From Sedimentisphaerales bacterium (GTDB lineage: Bacteria > Planctomycetota > Phycisphaerae > Sedimentisphaerales > Anaerobacaceae): a DNA stretch of 64,000 nt. The stretch spans positions 352,001-416,000 of the forward strand of contig JAXGYC010000009.1 in NCBI GenBank assembly GCA_040772485.1, given 5' to 3'. Positions within the stretch are counted from its first letter, which is position 1, and every line of letters starts with the position of its first letter. The position numbers and the translations under genes were made by a program. Shown here one piece after another: positions 1 to 9,400 of the stretch. The notes under the pieces are model-generated. The model was given only the letters and a program-made list of their open reading frames with translations. It had not been told where the DNA came from and ran no database searches.

Positions 1-59
1 GATTCCTTGTCAAATAGGGTCACATGTTCATTGCATCGGCCACGTTGGAAAGGACGAAT

Positions 60-2534
60 ATGACGCATCACGCAGGTTTGTCGTGCTTGCTCCTGTTGGC
101 CATGGTTTCTTCGGCCGCCGCCCGCGATACAGTGGAGTTCTACGTAGCTCCCGACGGCAGCGATGCCGGGGATGGCTCGATGGAAAAACCCTTCGCGTCG
201 TTGGCCCAGGCGCGGGACGCCGTACGCCAGGCCCGAGCGGAGAACGTCGAACGAATCACGGTCTTCCTGCGGGGAGGGAATTATTACCTGGAGGAGCCCG
301 TGGTCTTCACCTCTGCTGACTCCGGCGGCGGCGAGACCATCATCGAGTACTGCGCCCGGGCTGATGAAGAGGTCGTGATCAGCGGCGGATTCGAGCTGGA
401 CCTGGACTGGCGGCCGTACAAGGACGGCATCGTCTTGGCGAATGTCCCGGCCCGAGTCGAGAAGATCGACCAGCTCTTTGTCAACGGCCGGCGTCAGCAC
501 CCGGCTCGCTACCCTGATTACGATCCCGAAGCGAAGTTCTTCGGAGGCACCAGCGGCGACGCCATCAGCCCCCAACGCGCCAGGACCTGGTCCCATCCCG
601 AGGGCGGATACATGCACGCGCTGCACTCGGCCATGTGGGGCAGCAAGCACTATGAGATTGTGGGCATCGACGCAGATGGCACGATTCAGTTCAGAGGTGG
701 CTGGCAGGAGAACCGGGGTGGCGGCTTCGATCCCGTCTTTCGAGGGGGCTACCACAAAGACTATCTGTTCGTGGAGAATCTCTTCGAAGAGCTGGACGCT
801 CCGGGCGAGTGGTACTTCGATGCGCGCACGAAGACGCTGTATCTGATGCCTGAGCCGGACGTCGACCCATCGCAGGCGCAGGTCATCGGCGCAGGGCTCA
901 AGGAGCTTGTTCTGATTCGCGGCACGACGGATGAGCCCGTCCGCAACCTGCACTTTCGCGGACTGCGTTTTCGGCACACGCAGCGCATCTTCATGGAGCC
1001 GTACGAGCGCCTGCTGCGAGGGGACTGGTCGATTGCCCGGCTCGGCGCGCTCCATATCGAGGGCGCCGAAGATTGCTCGGTTCGCGACTGCCACTTCGAG
1101 GACCTGGGCGGCAACGGCGTCCTCCTCAGCCGATACAATCGCCGCGTCCGCGTCGAAGGCTGCCGATTCACGCGGCTGGGCGAAAGCTGTGTCTGTCTGG
1201 TCGGCGACGCCGGCGCGGTTCGCTCGCCGGCCATCGAATACGGTACGACCCTGCCCCAGGATCAGATCGACCTGACGCCGGGCCCGAAAGGTCCGGAGTA
1301 CCCCGGCCAGTGCACGGTACACGACAACCTGATGCACGACTTCGGTTTCATCGGCAAGCAGGTTGCCGGCGTGTTCGTCTCCATGAGCGAACAGATCACG
1401 GTCAGCCACAATACGATCTATCGCTGTCCTCGTGCGGCGATCTGCATCAACGACGGGTGTTGGGGCGGCCACCTCATCGAGCACAACGACGTCTTCCACA
1501 CCGTCCGCGAAAGCGGCGATCACGGCCCGTTCAACAGTTGGGGACGCGACCGCTGGTGGAAGACCTCGTACAATGGGGGCCGGGACATCGAGCCGTTCGC
1601 CAAGGAGCGGGCCACGCTCGACAATTACAGGACCACGATTATCCGAAACAATCGCTTCGCGCATTCCGGCAGCCATTCGTGGGGCATCGACCTTGACGAT
1701 GGATCGAGCAACTACCGGGTCTGCGAGAACCTGTGCCTCGGCATGGGCGTCAAGCTGCGCGAGGGCTTCTTTCGGGTGGTGGAGAACAATATCATCATCG
1801 ACGGGTTCGGAGGCTTCCACATCTGGATGCCGGAATGCGACGACGTGATCGCTCGAAACATCTTCGTCAGCGACGAGCCCTATCAGTTCATTCGCGCCAA
1901 TCCCGCCAACGCCAGGCAGTTCGACTACAATCTGTTTTACTCGCGACGCGGCCAGATCCGGATCACCGGCATCGAGGACAGGCCCTTGACCCTGTCGCAG
2001 TGGCAGGCCAAGGGATTTGACACGCACTCGATCGTGGCCGATCCACTGTTCGTTGATCCGGCGCATGGGGATTACCGCGTCAGCGAAGGCTCGCCTGCGC
2101 TGAAGCTCGGCTTCCGGAACTTCCCGATGGATCGATTCGGCGTTTTGAAGCCGGCCTTTCAGCGCGAGGTCTCGCAGGAGCCGCGTGCATTCGTCGCTGC
2201 CGCGCGGGAACAAGACAACGTCCGCGAGTCGAAGTCGGTTACGTGGTTTGGCGCGACGATCAAGAATCTCACGGGTGAAGCGGAGAAATCCGCCGCCGGC
2301 ATCGGCCGCGAAACCGGTGTGCTCTTTGTTGCTGTTCCGGCCCGTAGCAGCGCGGCTGACGCGGGATTCAGGCTCGGCGACGTCATTCTCAAGGCGAACG
2401 GCGAATCCATCGATTCGCTCGACGACCTGCGCCGCATCACCACAGAGAGCAGGGGCCGGCCGGTCCAGTTCACCGTCTTCAATGCCGTCGAGCGCACCGT
2501 AACACTACAGCTTCCGGACCCGGAACGGCAGTAG
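60..2534 (+). CDS. Secreted right-handed parallel beta-helix protein (GH141-like/pectin-lyase fold) with C-terminal PDZ-like domain
   Basis: Signal peptide (LLLLAMVSSAAA), 'FYVAPDGSDAGDGSMEKPFASL' N-terminal motif, 'EELDAPGEWY', repeated N-x-I beta-helix pattern, C-terminal 'SAADAGFRLGDVILKANG' PDZ-like. ATG at 60 follows AAGGA; ORF track starts at 24. Confidence 0.75.
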   Translation: MTHHAGLSCLLLLAMVSSAAARDTVEFYVAPDGSDAGDGSMEKPFASLAQARDAVRQARAENVERITVFLRGGNYYLEEPVVFTSADSGGGETIIEYCARADEEVVISGGFELDLDWRPYKDGIVLANVPARVEKIDQLFVNGRRQHPARYPDYDPEAKFFGGTSGDAISPQRARTWSHPEGGYMHALHSAMWGSKHYEIVGIDADGTIQFRGGWQENRGGGFDPVFRGGYHKDYLFVENLFEELDAPGEWYFDARTKTLYLMPEPDVDPSQAQVIGAGLKELVLIRGTTDEPVRNLHFRGLRFRHTQRIFMEPYERLLRGDWSIARLGALHIEGAEDCSVRDCHFEDLGGNGVLLSRYNRRVRVEGCRFTRLGESCVCLVGDAGAVRSPAIEYGTTLPQDQIDLTPGPKGPEYPGQCTVHDNLMHDFGFIGKQVAGVFVSMSEQITVSHNTIYRCPRAAICINDGCWGGHLIEHNDVFHTVRESGDHGPFNSWGRDRWWKTSYNGGRDIEPFAKERATLDNYRTTIIRNNRFAHSGSHSWGIDLDDGSSNYRVCENLCLGMGVKLREGFFRVVENNIIIDGFGGFHIWMPECDDVIARNIFVSDEPYQFIRANPANARQFDYNLFYSRRGQIRITGIEDRPLTLSQWQAKGFDTHSIVADPLFVDPAHGDYRVSEGSPALKLGFRNFPMDRFGVLKPAFQREVSQEPRAFVAAAREQDNVRESKSVTWFGATIKNLTGEAEKSAAGIGRETGVLFVAVPARSSAADAGFRLGDVILKANGESIDSLDDLRRITTESRGRPVQFTVFNAVERTVTLQLPDPERQ

Positions 2535-2577
2535 TGATCCTCGTTCCAAGTCCTGCTCACGGTGAATAAGGACCGCG

Positions 2578-2643
2578 GCATTCCGAGCGCGTATCGTCTA
2601 TGGCAAGATCCTTCGACTTCGCTGCGCTCCGCTCAGGATGACA
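2578..2643. repeat. Degenerate REP-like palindromic element between convergent genes
   Basis: cattccgagcgc...agatccttcgacttcgctgcgctccgctcaggatgaca resembles widespread intergenic GTCAT(T/C)CxGAGCG...CGCTCxGxATGAC repeats; single copy here. Confidence 0.45.
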
Positions 2644-2656
2644 AGAAGCCAAAGGA

Positions 2657-3349
2657 TCAGAGCGGCCGGATGCGGATGTTTCGATACCAGGCTTCGCTGG
2701 GCGGGCCGCCGTGGATCTGGAGACCGATCACGCCGGACTGCGGGATCGCATCGTCCGGTTCGGTGTAATCGACCGTCTGGAAGCCATTGAGCCAGAGCTG
2801 AATTCGCTTGCCTTCGCAGCGGATGACGTAATCGTTCCAGTCGCCGGCGCGGACCACCTCGGCGATCTTCGCCGGGTCCGGGCAGGCCAGCACCTTGTTC
2901 CGGCGGGATTCATCGTACAGGCAGCCCCAGTACTGCTGGCCCATGTCCGCCTGGTAGCCGCTGACCTCGTAGTGGTCGGGCACGCGCCGGCTGCGAATCT
3001 GGATGCCGGCGTTGGCGTTCTCGCCGAGCAGCTTGCATTGCAGCCGCAGCTCGAAGTCATCGAACGAGGCGAGCGTGCAGAGGAAATCGTTGTGCGCAAC
3101 GTTCGCACTCAGCGTGCCGCCAACAACGGCACCGTCCTCGATGCGAAAGACCTCTGTCGAGCCTTCCCAGCCCGCGAAGGTCTTGCCGTCGAACAGGGAG
3201 ATGAAGCCGTCCGCCGTCCGGACGGGCGAATCATTATTCGCCCCTACCGTTTCGCTCAGGCCGGCGCACCCGGCCAGCATGGCCACCAACAGCAGGCATG
3301 TCACGATGGAACCGGTGTGCAATGCACACCCTACGATCTTTTTCGTCAT
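2657..3349 (-). CDS. DUF1080 (3-keto-disaccharide hydrolase-like) lipoprotein
   Basis: 'GFISLFDGKTFAGW', 'DFELRL', 'NAGIQIRS', 'GYQADMG', 'GDWNDYVI', 'GVIGLQIH', 'YRNIRIRPL'; lipobox MLAGC. ATG at 3349 overlaps the upstream gene's stop (TGATG). Confidence 0.85.
   Translation of the reverse strand: MTKKIVGCALHTGSIVTCLLLVAMLAGCAGLSETVGANNDSPVRTADGFISLFDGKTFAGWEGSTEVFRIEDGAVVGGTLSANVAHNDFLCTLASFDDFELRLQCKLLGENANAGIQIRSRRVPDHYEVSGYQADMGQQYWGCLYDESRRNKVLACPDPAKIAEVVRAGDWNDYVIRCEGKRIQLWLNGFQTVDYTEPDDAIPQSGVIGLQIHGGPPSEAWYRNIRIRPL
3221..3247 (-). repeat. GTAG-type REP palindrome, family A (in-frame in DUF1080 gene)
   Basis: Minus strand gtaggggcgaataatgattcgcccgtc, encodes VGANNDSPV. Confidence 0.75.
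3314..3334 (-). repeat. GTAG-type REP palindrome, family B (in-frame in DUF1080 signal region)
   Basis: Minus strand gtagggtgtgcattgcacacc, encodes VGCALHT; related copies at 56161 and 57484. Confidence 0.65.
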
Positions 3350-4581
3350 CAGCGATCCTTTCCTTGAGCGACGGCGTCGAGCCGCCGGATCGTTTCCAGG
3401 CAGGCCCGCGTGTTGTGGTAGGGGCCTTTCCATTCGGACACCTTGGGCTCGTTGCGGTCGGGCGTTCCGTTTCGATCGACCCGCCAGAACCATTCGCCGT
3501 GTGTGTGGTCTACGATGGCCCGCTCGATGAACTCCCAGCAGCGCAGAGCCGCCTCGAAGAAGTGCTCGCGGCCGGAGAGCTGATAAGCGTTCAGGAAGCC
3601 CACGACCGCTTCGGCCTGGGGCCACCACTCCTTGTTCGTGTCGATCACGCGGCCCGCCTGGCCTTCGTAGAACAGCCCGCCGTCGGAGTCGAGTCCTTGT
3701 TCGTATACCGCCTGCGCCATGTCGACGGCGAGTGGATCGACCCTCTCGACCAGTTCAGGCTGGCCCAGAACCTCGGCCGCCTCGCAGAGCAGCCAACTGC
3801 CCTCAATGTCGTGGCCGAATGTGTATGTGTCCGATCGCTTTTCCCAGCGCTCGTTGAAGAAGTGCCCGAAGTGAGACGTGTCACGGTCGAGAATATGACG
3901 CTCGAACAGCTCGATCAGGCCGCTCAGTTCGTCGGCAACCTGTGGGTCGGGCCAGGCACGGTACAGATTCGTGTAGCCTTCGAGGAGATGCAGGTGGTTG
4001 TTCATCGACTTCTTTTCGTTCAGGTCCTTGTCGCTGAGCCGGACGTCCTCGGCCGCGGTCCAGTCGCGATTGCACGTCTCGATGTATCCGCCGTTCGCCA
4101 TATCGCAACTGTGCTTCTCGATCAGATCGAACAGTGCTTGCGCTCGTTCCAAAGCGGCAGATTCTCCGGTCGCGAGGAAGTACTCGGACAGTGCGTAAAT
4201 GTAGAAGGCCTGGCCGTAGATCTTCTTCTTGTCGTCCGCCAGAGCGCCGCGACAATCCACCTGCCAGAAGGCGCCGCCGAAGCGGTCGTCCCAGAAGTTT
4301 TCCTCCAGATAGTCGTAGGCCCTGCGAGCCAATTGCAGGGGCGAATCATCATTCGCCCCTGCGACCTCGCTGCGGCACAGCGTCGAGAAGGTCCACAGCA
4401 GTCTGGCGTTGAGGATCAATCCTTTCTTTGCCTGGTGGTCGATCAACAGTTCGTTCGACATCCGGCCGATGAATCCGCCGTGTGCGTGGTCTACACAGTG
4501 TTCCAGCCAGAACGGCAGGATGTCCTCGTGCAATTCCGCGGCCACACGCCGGCGAAAGCTCTCTATCTCGCGACCGGCCAT
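3349..4581 (-). CDS. AGE-family epimerase, probable cellobiose/mannobiose 2-epimerase
   Basis: 'ILPFW', 'GGFIGR', 'LNARLLWTFS', 'KKIYGQAFYIYAL', 'KSMNNHLHLLEGYT', 'GHDIEGSWLL', 'WWPQAEA', 'WKGPYHNTRAC'. Confidence 0.9.
   Translation of the reverse strand: MAGREIESFRRRVAAELHEDILPFWLEHCVDHAHGGFIGRMSNELLIDHQAKKGLILNARLLWTFSTLCRSEVAGANDDSPLQLARRAYDYLEENFWDDRFGGAFWQVDCRGALADDKKKIYGQAFYIYALSEYFLATGESAALERAQALFDLIEKHSCDMANGGYIETCNRDWTAAEDVRLSDKDLNEKKSMNNHLHLLEGYTNLYRAWPDPQVADELSGLIELFERHILDRDTSHFGHFFNERWEKRSDTYTFGHDIEGSWLLCEAAEVLGQPELVERVDPLAVDMAQAVYEQGLDSDGGLFYEGQAGRVIDTNKEWWPQAEAVVGFLNAYQLSGREHFFEAALRCWEFIERAIVDHTHGEWFWRVDRNGTPDRNEPKVSEWKGPYHNTRACLETIRRLDAVAQGKDR
4335..4362. repeat. REP palindrome, family A (in-frame in epimerase gene)
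   Basis: gcaggggcgaat-catc-attcgcccctgc, perfect 12-bp arms; encodes AGANDDSPL on the minus strand. Confidence 0.8.
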
Positions 4582-4584
4582 CGC

Positions 4585-6411
4585 TTACTCGGCGCCTCCG
4601 TAGGTGATCTCGATTCGCGAGATCTGGGCTTCGCCTGTGAACTCGATCCTGATGAACCGGCTCTGTAGCGCCTGCGGCTTCGCCTCGTAGCGGACGGGTT
4701 TCCAGTAGCCATACTGGCCTTCACCGCTGTAGAAGTCCTTTCGCCGGGCTTCGGCGGTTTGCCACGTCTGCCCATCGGCCGAGACCTGGAAACGCAAGTC
4801 CGCCGGCTCTTCGGGAAAGAAGGTGTAGACCGTGCAGGTCCGGATCGCGGCGGGCAACCTGTAGACCAGAGCCGCGCCGGCGGCTCCCTTCATCCGATCC
4901 ATGTCTTCTTTGGCATTGCGCGTCTTGCCCGTCTCGGGCGTGACGCCGGTGTACTGGTGCAGGAGCGAGAAATCGCGCATTTCATCGACGAGCGTAGGGT
5001 GCTGGACCGCGACAGGTCCGACGGTATTGGACGGCGCAGACAGGCTTGCGATGTTCTTTGCCACAACGCGATAGAAGTACTGCCTGCCGATTTGGACATT
5101 GGCGTCGGCGAACAGCGGGCGGTAGGGTATCGCGGCGTCCGAGATGCTCCGGCCGGCCTCGGTCCAGGGGCCGTTCTTCTTCTCCGCTCTCTCAACGATG
5201 TACGATTGCGCTCCGGCCGAGCCTTGCCAGGAAATGGCCGCCACGTCGTCGATGGGCAACAACACAGGCGCCTTCGGGACAGGCAGCGGAGGGGGCATCT
5301 GCCCCTGAATCTCGAAGGCCTTCTGACGCATCAGCGCCATCAGGTTGCGTTCGTCGTAAGCCTCGCCCGAGGCGAAGCCGGGCCAGTGGTACGCCTTGTA
5401 GCGATCCCCGCCGAACGGCTCGGAATGCCAGTAGAACCCGCCTTCCCGGGTGCGATACCGCAGGCTCCAGATCAGCGCGCCGCTGGTCCCGTCGGCGATC
5501 ACGTTGTCCAGCAGCGTCCGGACGGCGTCTGTCTCTACAAACCCGAATTCGCCCACGAAATAGGGCTTTTTGCCCTTGCTCCGGACGCGGTTCGACGCGA
5601 CCTGCTCGAACATCTCGCGCGGATTGCTCGGATAGTGGTGCGTGGTCACGATGTCCACGTAGGGATTGTCGATGGATTCATCGCGCAAAACACTCGAAAA
5701 GAAGCCGTCGACCACCAGATGGTTCCGATCGAGGCTCTTGACATAGCCGGCGATTTCTCGCGTCCATTCGTGCGGACATTGCAGTTCGTTGCCTGTCTCC
5801 CAGGCGAGGATTGCCTTGTCGTCCTTGTACTTGACGCCGGTAAAGGTGTTGGTACGATTGACGACATATTCGATGGTCTTCTTGAAATCGGCGATGATCT
5901 GCGGATCGGTCCAGAACGCCTCCTTGGCCTTGCCCCGGAAGGCGGCGTATTCCTGGATGCCGCCCCACCAGATCCAGTTGTCCACGAACGGGATAATGAC
6001 GCGGACGCCGGTGCGATGGGCCACCTCCAGCACCTTGTCAAGCGCGCGGAATGCTTCTTCGTTGAACCGGCCCGGTCCCAGCACGTGGCGGGGGATCTCG
6101 GGCCCGTCGCCGGCCGCTCGCACGCTCAGCGTGTAGATCCGCGTGGCGCGCCCGCCCATCTGCTGAATCGCCGTCAGCGCATCGGTGATCTCGAATTCAT
6201 CGGGCAGCCGCCAGGGGTTGGTCTCTTCGAAGGGCAGATGATCCTCGACATAGTGCAGGTTAGGGATGTTGAAGGAGACGAAGCGGTACTCCTTCGGTCC
6301 TTCCATCAGCCGATCGCCCTGACGGGTGACGAAATGGTCGAATCCCTGCGAGGCGCCGGCGCAGCCGCAGACCAGCAGCATCGCGAAAGTGACACAGATG
6401 GTCCTTCTCAT
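4585..6411 (-). CDS. GH5-family glycoside hydrolase (beta-mannanase-like) with FN3-like and C-terminal beta domains; probable lipoprotein
   Basis: 'ILAWETGNE' acid/base motif, 'PYFVGEFG' nucleophile motif, 'TTHHYP', 'GALIWSLR', 'YFYRVVAKN'; N-terminal hydrophobic stretch ending in VCGC. Confidence 0.85.
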   Translation of the reverse strand: MRRTICVTFAMLLVCGCAGASQGFDHFVTRQGDRLMEGPKEYRFVSFNIPNLHYVEDHLPFEETNPWRLPDEFEITDALTAIQQMGGRATRIYTLSVRAAGDGPEIPRHVLGPGRFNEEAFRALDKVLEVAHRTGVRVIIPFVDNWIWWGGIQEYAAFRGKAKEAFWTDPQIIADFKKTIEYVVNRTNTFTGVKYKDDKAILAWETGNELQCPHEWTREIAGYVKSLDRNHLVVDGFFSSVLRDESIDNPYVDIVTTHHYPSNPREMFEQVASNRVRSKGKKPYFVGEFGFVETDAVRTLLDNVIADGTSGALIWSLRYRTREGGFYWHSEPFGGDRYKAYHWPGFASGEAYDERNLMALMRQKAFEIQGQMPPPLPVPKAPVLLPIDDVAAISWQGSAGAQSYIVERAEKKNGPWTEAGRSISDAAIPYRPLFADANVQIGRQYFYRVVAKNIASLSAPSNTVGPVAVQHPTLVDEMRDFSLLHQYTGVTPETGKTRNAKEDMDRMKGAAGAALVYRLPAAIRTCTVYTFFPEEPADLRFQVSADGQTWQTAEARRKDFYSGEGQYGYWKPVRYEAKPQALQSRFIRIEFTGEAQISRIEITYGGAE

Positions 6412-6426
6412 AGCACGGTCTCCATA

Positions 6427-6453
6427 GTAGGGCGAATCATCATTCGCCCCTGC
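6427..6453. repeat. REP palindrome, family A, supplying the FtsK-like gene's stop codon
   Basis: gtagggcgaatcatcattcgcccctgc overlaps the TGA at 6440-6442. Confidence 0.75.
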
Positions 6454-9400
6454 GTAGAGCCCATTTCCTGCCGAGGTCGGCGAGCCAGTCGTCGGGCAGC
6501 GGGCCGTAGGGGCGGAATTTCTCCAGGCCGCCTTGCTCTTCGCTGTAGAGCAGGGCGCGGTGGAAGCCGAGTTGGTTGGCGGCGGGCGAATCGATCAGGG
6601 TGCTCGAATCGGCGGCGCTCATCTGGAACAGGATGCGGTGGTCGAACTCACGGACGGTCTGGCGATCGAAGGTGCGCTCCAGCGTGCCGAGGGTATCGGC
6701 CCAAGCGACCACGTGGATACCGACGGGGGGACCGTCGCGCAGGAGGCCGGCAAACTGCACGTCGGGACGCGGCGTTGCCTCTTCGGAACCCATCGAGAAC
6801 CCGAAGCTGTCCTCGCTGCGGCGGAGCATGCGGTATCGCTGCAAGCCGTAGACGAGCAGGACGACGGTCGCCTCGTCATTCCGATCGGCCTCGATTCGCT
6901 CATTGGCTTTCTGGCTCAGTGCGGCGATGGCCGCAGGGACATCGTTCCACGCGACGATCCGGCAGGGGTGCGGCAGCACGCGCGTTACGCGGGCGAAGGC
7001 GCCCGCCTGCGCCGAATCGGGGGCGCTGCCGTCGAGGATCACAAACTCGACGGAGGACCGTGGCAACTGGCTGGCCAGACAGACACAGGCGCCCGTCATC
7101 AGATTCATCGCCGCTTCATCCCGCTGGCCGACCATCAGAATGTTGCCGCCGCTCTGGCGACGCAACACCACGGCGGTCGGCTCTTTGATGGTCACCGGAG
7201 AGCCCAGCCAGATCTTCGGGGCGGGCACCGGCGAATCACCATTCGCCGCTACACAGGCGGCCAGTTGGCGATTCTCCCGAATGTCGGCCGGAACGTTGCC
7301 TTCGAACACGATCATCGGCTCGCGTGGTTCGGGTCCGCGCGCCGCGATCCGGCTCAGGTACGAATCACGAACGGCATCCGAGAGCCAGGCCACCTGGAAG
7401 GGGCTGTTGCCGGCGACGGCGCCGCCCGCGTCGTTGTAGATCGCCTCGCCCGGTCGCGACAGCAGACGTGCGGCTGTGTTCTCGTCATCGAGCACGAGCT
7501 GCGAATCGATCTCCGAGCATTGCAGCGCGATCCGCACCGCCATCTGGCCCATCGTGCTGCGGGCCAGACCGAAGGCGCCGCCCAGCGTCTGCGAGCCGAG
7601 CACGACGTGGATGCCGAACGCCCGGCCTTGTCGCACAAGCTGCTCGAGCAGGACGATGGCGTCCTGGGCGAGCTTGTCGTCTTCGGAGAAGAAGACCTGG
7701 AACTCGTCGACGATCAGGACCGTGCGGGGCATGGTCTTTCCGGTGGCGCTGCGGTAGGCGGCGATGTCCTGCACGCCCGCGTCGCGGAACAGGTTGCCTC
7801 GATGGGCCATCTCGGCGTCGAGCCGCTGGAGGATGCTGAGCCCGAATTCGCGATCGCTCTCGATGGCGACGGCGCGGGCGTGCGGCAAGCGGTTAGTGAC
7901 GTAGGTCTTGAACTCGACGCCCTGCTTGAAGTCGATCAGGTACAGCTCGACCTGGTCGGGAGCGTACCACAGAGCGAGATTGGTCACCATGACGTGCAGC
8001 AGGGTGGATTTGCCCGAGCCTGTTTTTCCGGCGATCAGCGTGTGCTGGGCGACGCCGTGGCCGACGCGAAAGCGCTGCAGTCGCGTCGCGCCGGTCCGGC
8101 CCAGCGGAACGCTCAGCTCACGCGAGCTGTCGAGCGACCAGAGCTGCTCGTCGGTCGGTGCGATGGTCTGGAAGGGCACCTCGACGCGGGCCGAACTGGC
8201 GCCCGCCTTGCCGATGGCGTGCATGAGGTTCGTCAGCACGCTTTCGGAAGGGGGCTTGTCGGGCGTCAGCGGGAACCGCTTCAGGACAGGGTCCCGCCAG
8301 ACGAATCGGTTTTTGTCGTAGACGAGGTGGATGCTGCCGGCGCTGATGTCCTCGATATCGATCCCGCTGGGCAACTCCTGCCGGGCGTCGCAGGCGATCA
8401 GCGTGTGAACGCCGCAACGCGGGCCGCTGTGGATGATGCTGCTCAGACGCCGGGCCGATTCCTCGTTGAAGTTCACCGGGAAGTCGGCGATGACGAGAAA
8501 GCGATAGGGTTCGGCCAGTTCGCCCGCCTGTTCGTTGTATTGCTCGATCGTCTCGAATTCGTTGCGGAGGTACTTCTGGATCACGTTCTCCATGTGTCCG
8601 GTCAGGTCCTCCAACTGCTGTCGGATCTGGGCGGCTTCGGTCCAGATGCGTCCGCCCACGAGCGATTCGAGGTAGTCGCCGGCGTGCATGAAGCCCGCAA
8701 AGCTCTCGCCCAAGCCCACCGGGTCGAAGATGGTGAACCGGACCCGGCCCGGCGGAAGGGACGTGAACAGCCGCGCCATCGTCGCGCGAAGCGTCTCGAT
8801 CGCTTCCTGTCGTCCCTCACGCCCGGACTGCAGGAGCATCGAGCAGTGCTGGGGGAACTCCAACACGGCGGGAAGCTCCATGAGACTGGCGGTGTCCAAT
8901 GTTTGGCCTGCGCGGGCCCGGACCGATTCGGATAGCGGCTTGAGATCCAGCCGGAGCGTGCCGAATCGCACGGCGGACGCCGACGCGTCCGACATCGTCG
9001 GCGACCGATCGATCAGATGCTCCCAGTCTGCCACGAATGCCTTGTCGAGTTCGGAGGCTCTGTTCAGCAAGGCCCGGATCTGTGCCAGCCCTTCATCCCA
9101 TCGCTGCTGGAGATGTTGCCGGGACGTCTCGTACTGGCTGCGGCATTCGCCCATCTCGCTGTCGTACCGCTGCTGGATTTCCGCCAGCCGCTGCCGGCAC
9201 TCCTGGTCCAGTGCCGACCGCTCTTGTTCGACGTGTTCCTGCGCCTGATTGAGGGCGTTGTCTCGCTCCTTCTTGAGCTGGTCGAAGGCTTCCACGCGGC
9301 GGTGCTCGATCTCCTGAAGCGACGTGTTGCGCTGTCGGGAGATGTTGGCCCTGGCGGTCTCGAACGTTTCGTGGGCGCGTCTCAGTTCGACGTCTTTCTT

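Noticed and set aside
4759..8935. Long plus-strand ORFs 4759-7188 and 6533-8935
   Set aside because: Antisense shadows of the GH5 and FtsK genes in GC-rich DNA; no motifs.
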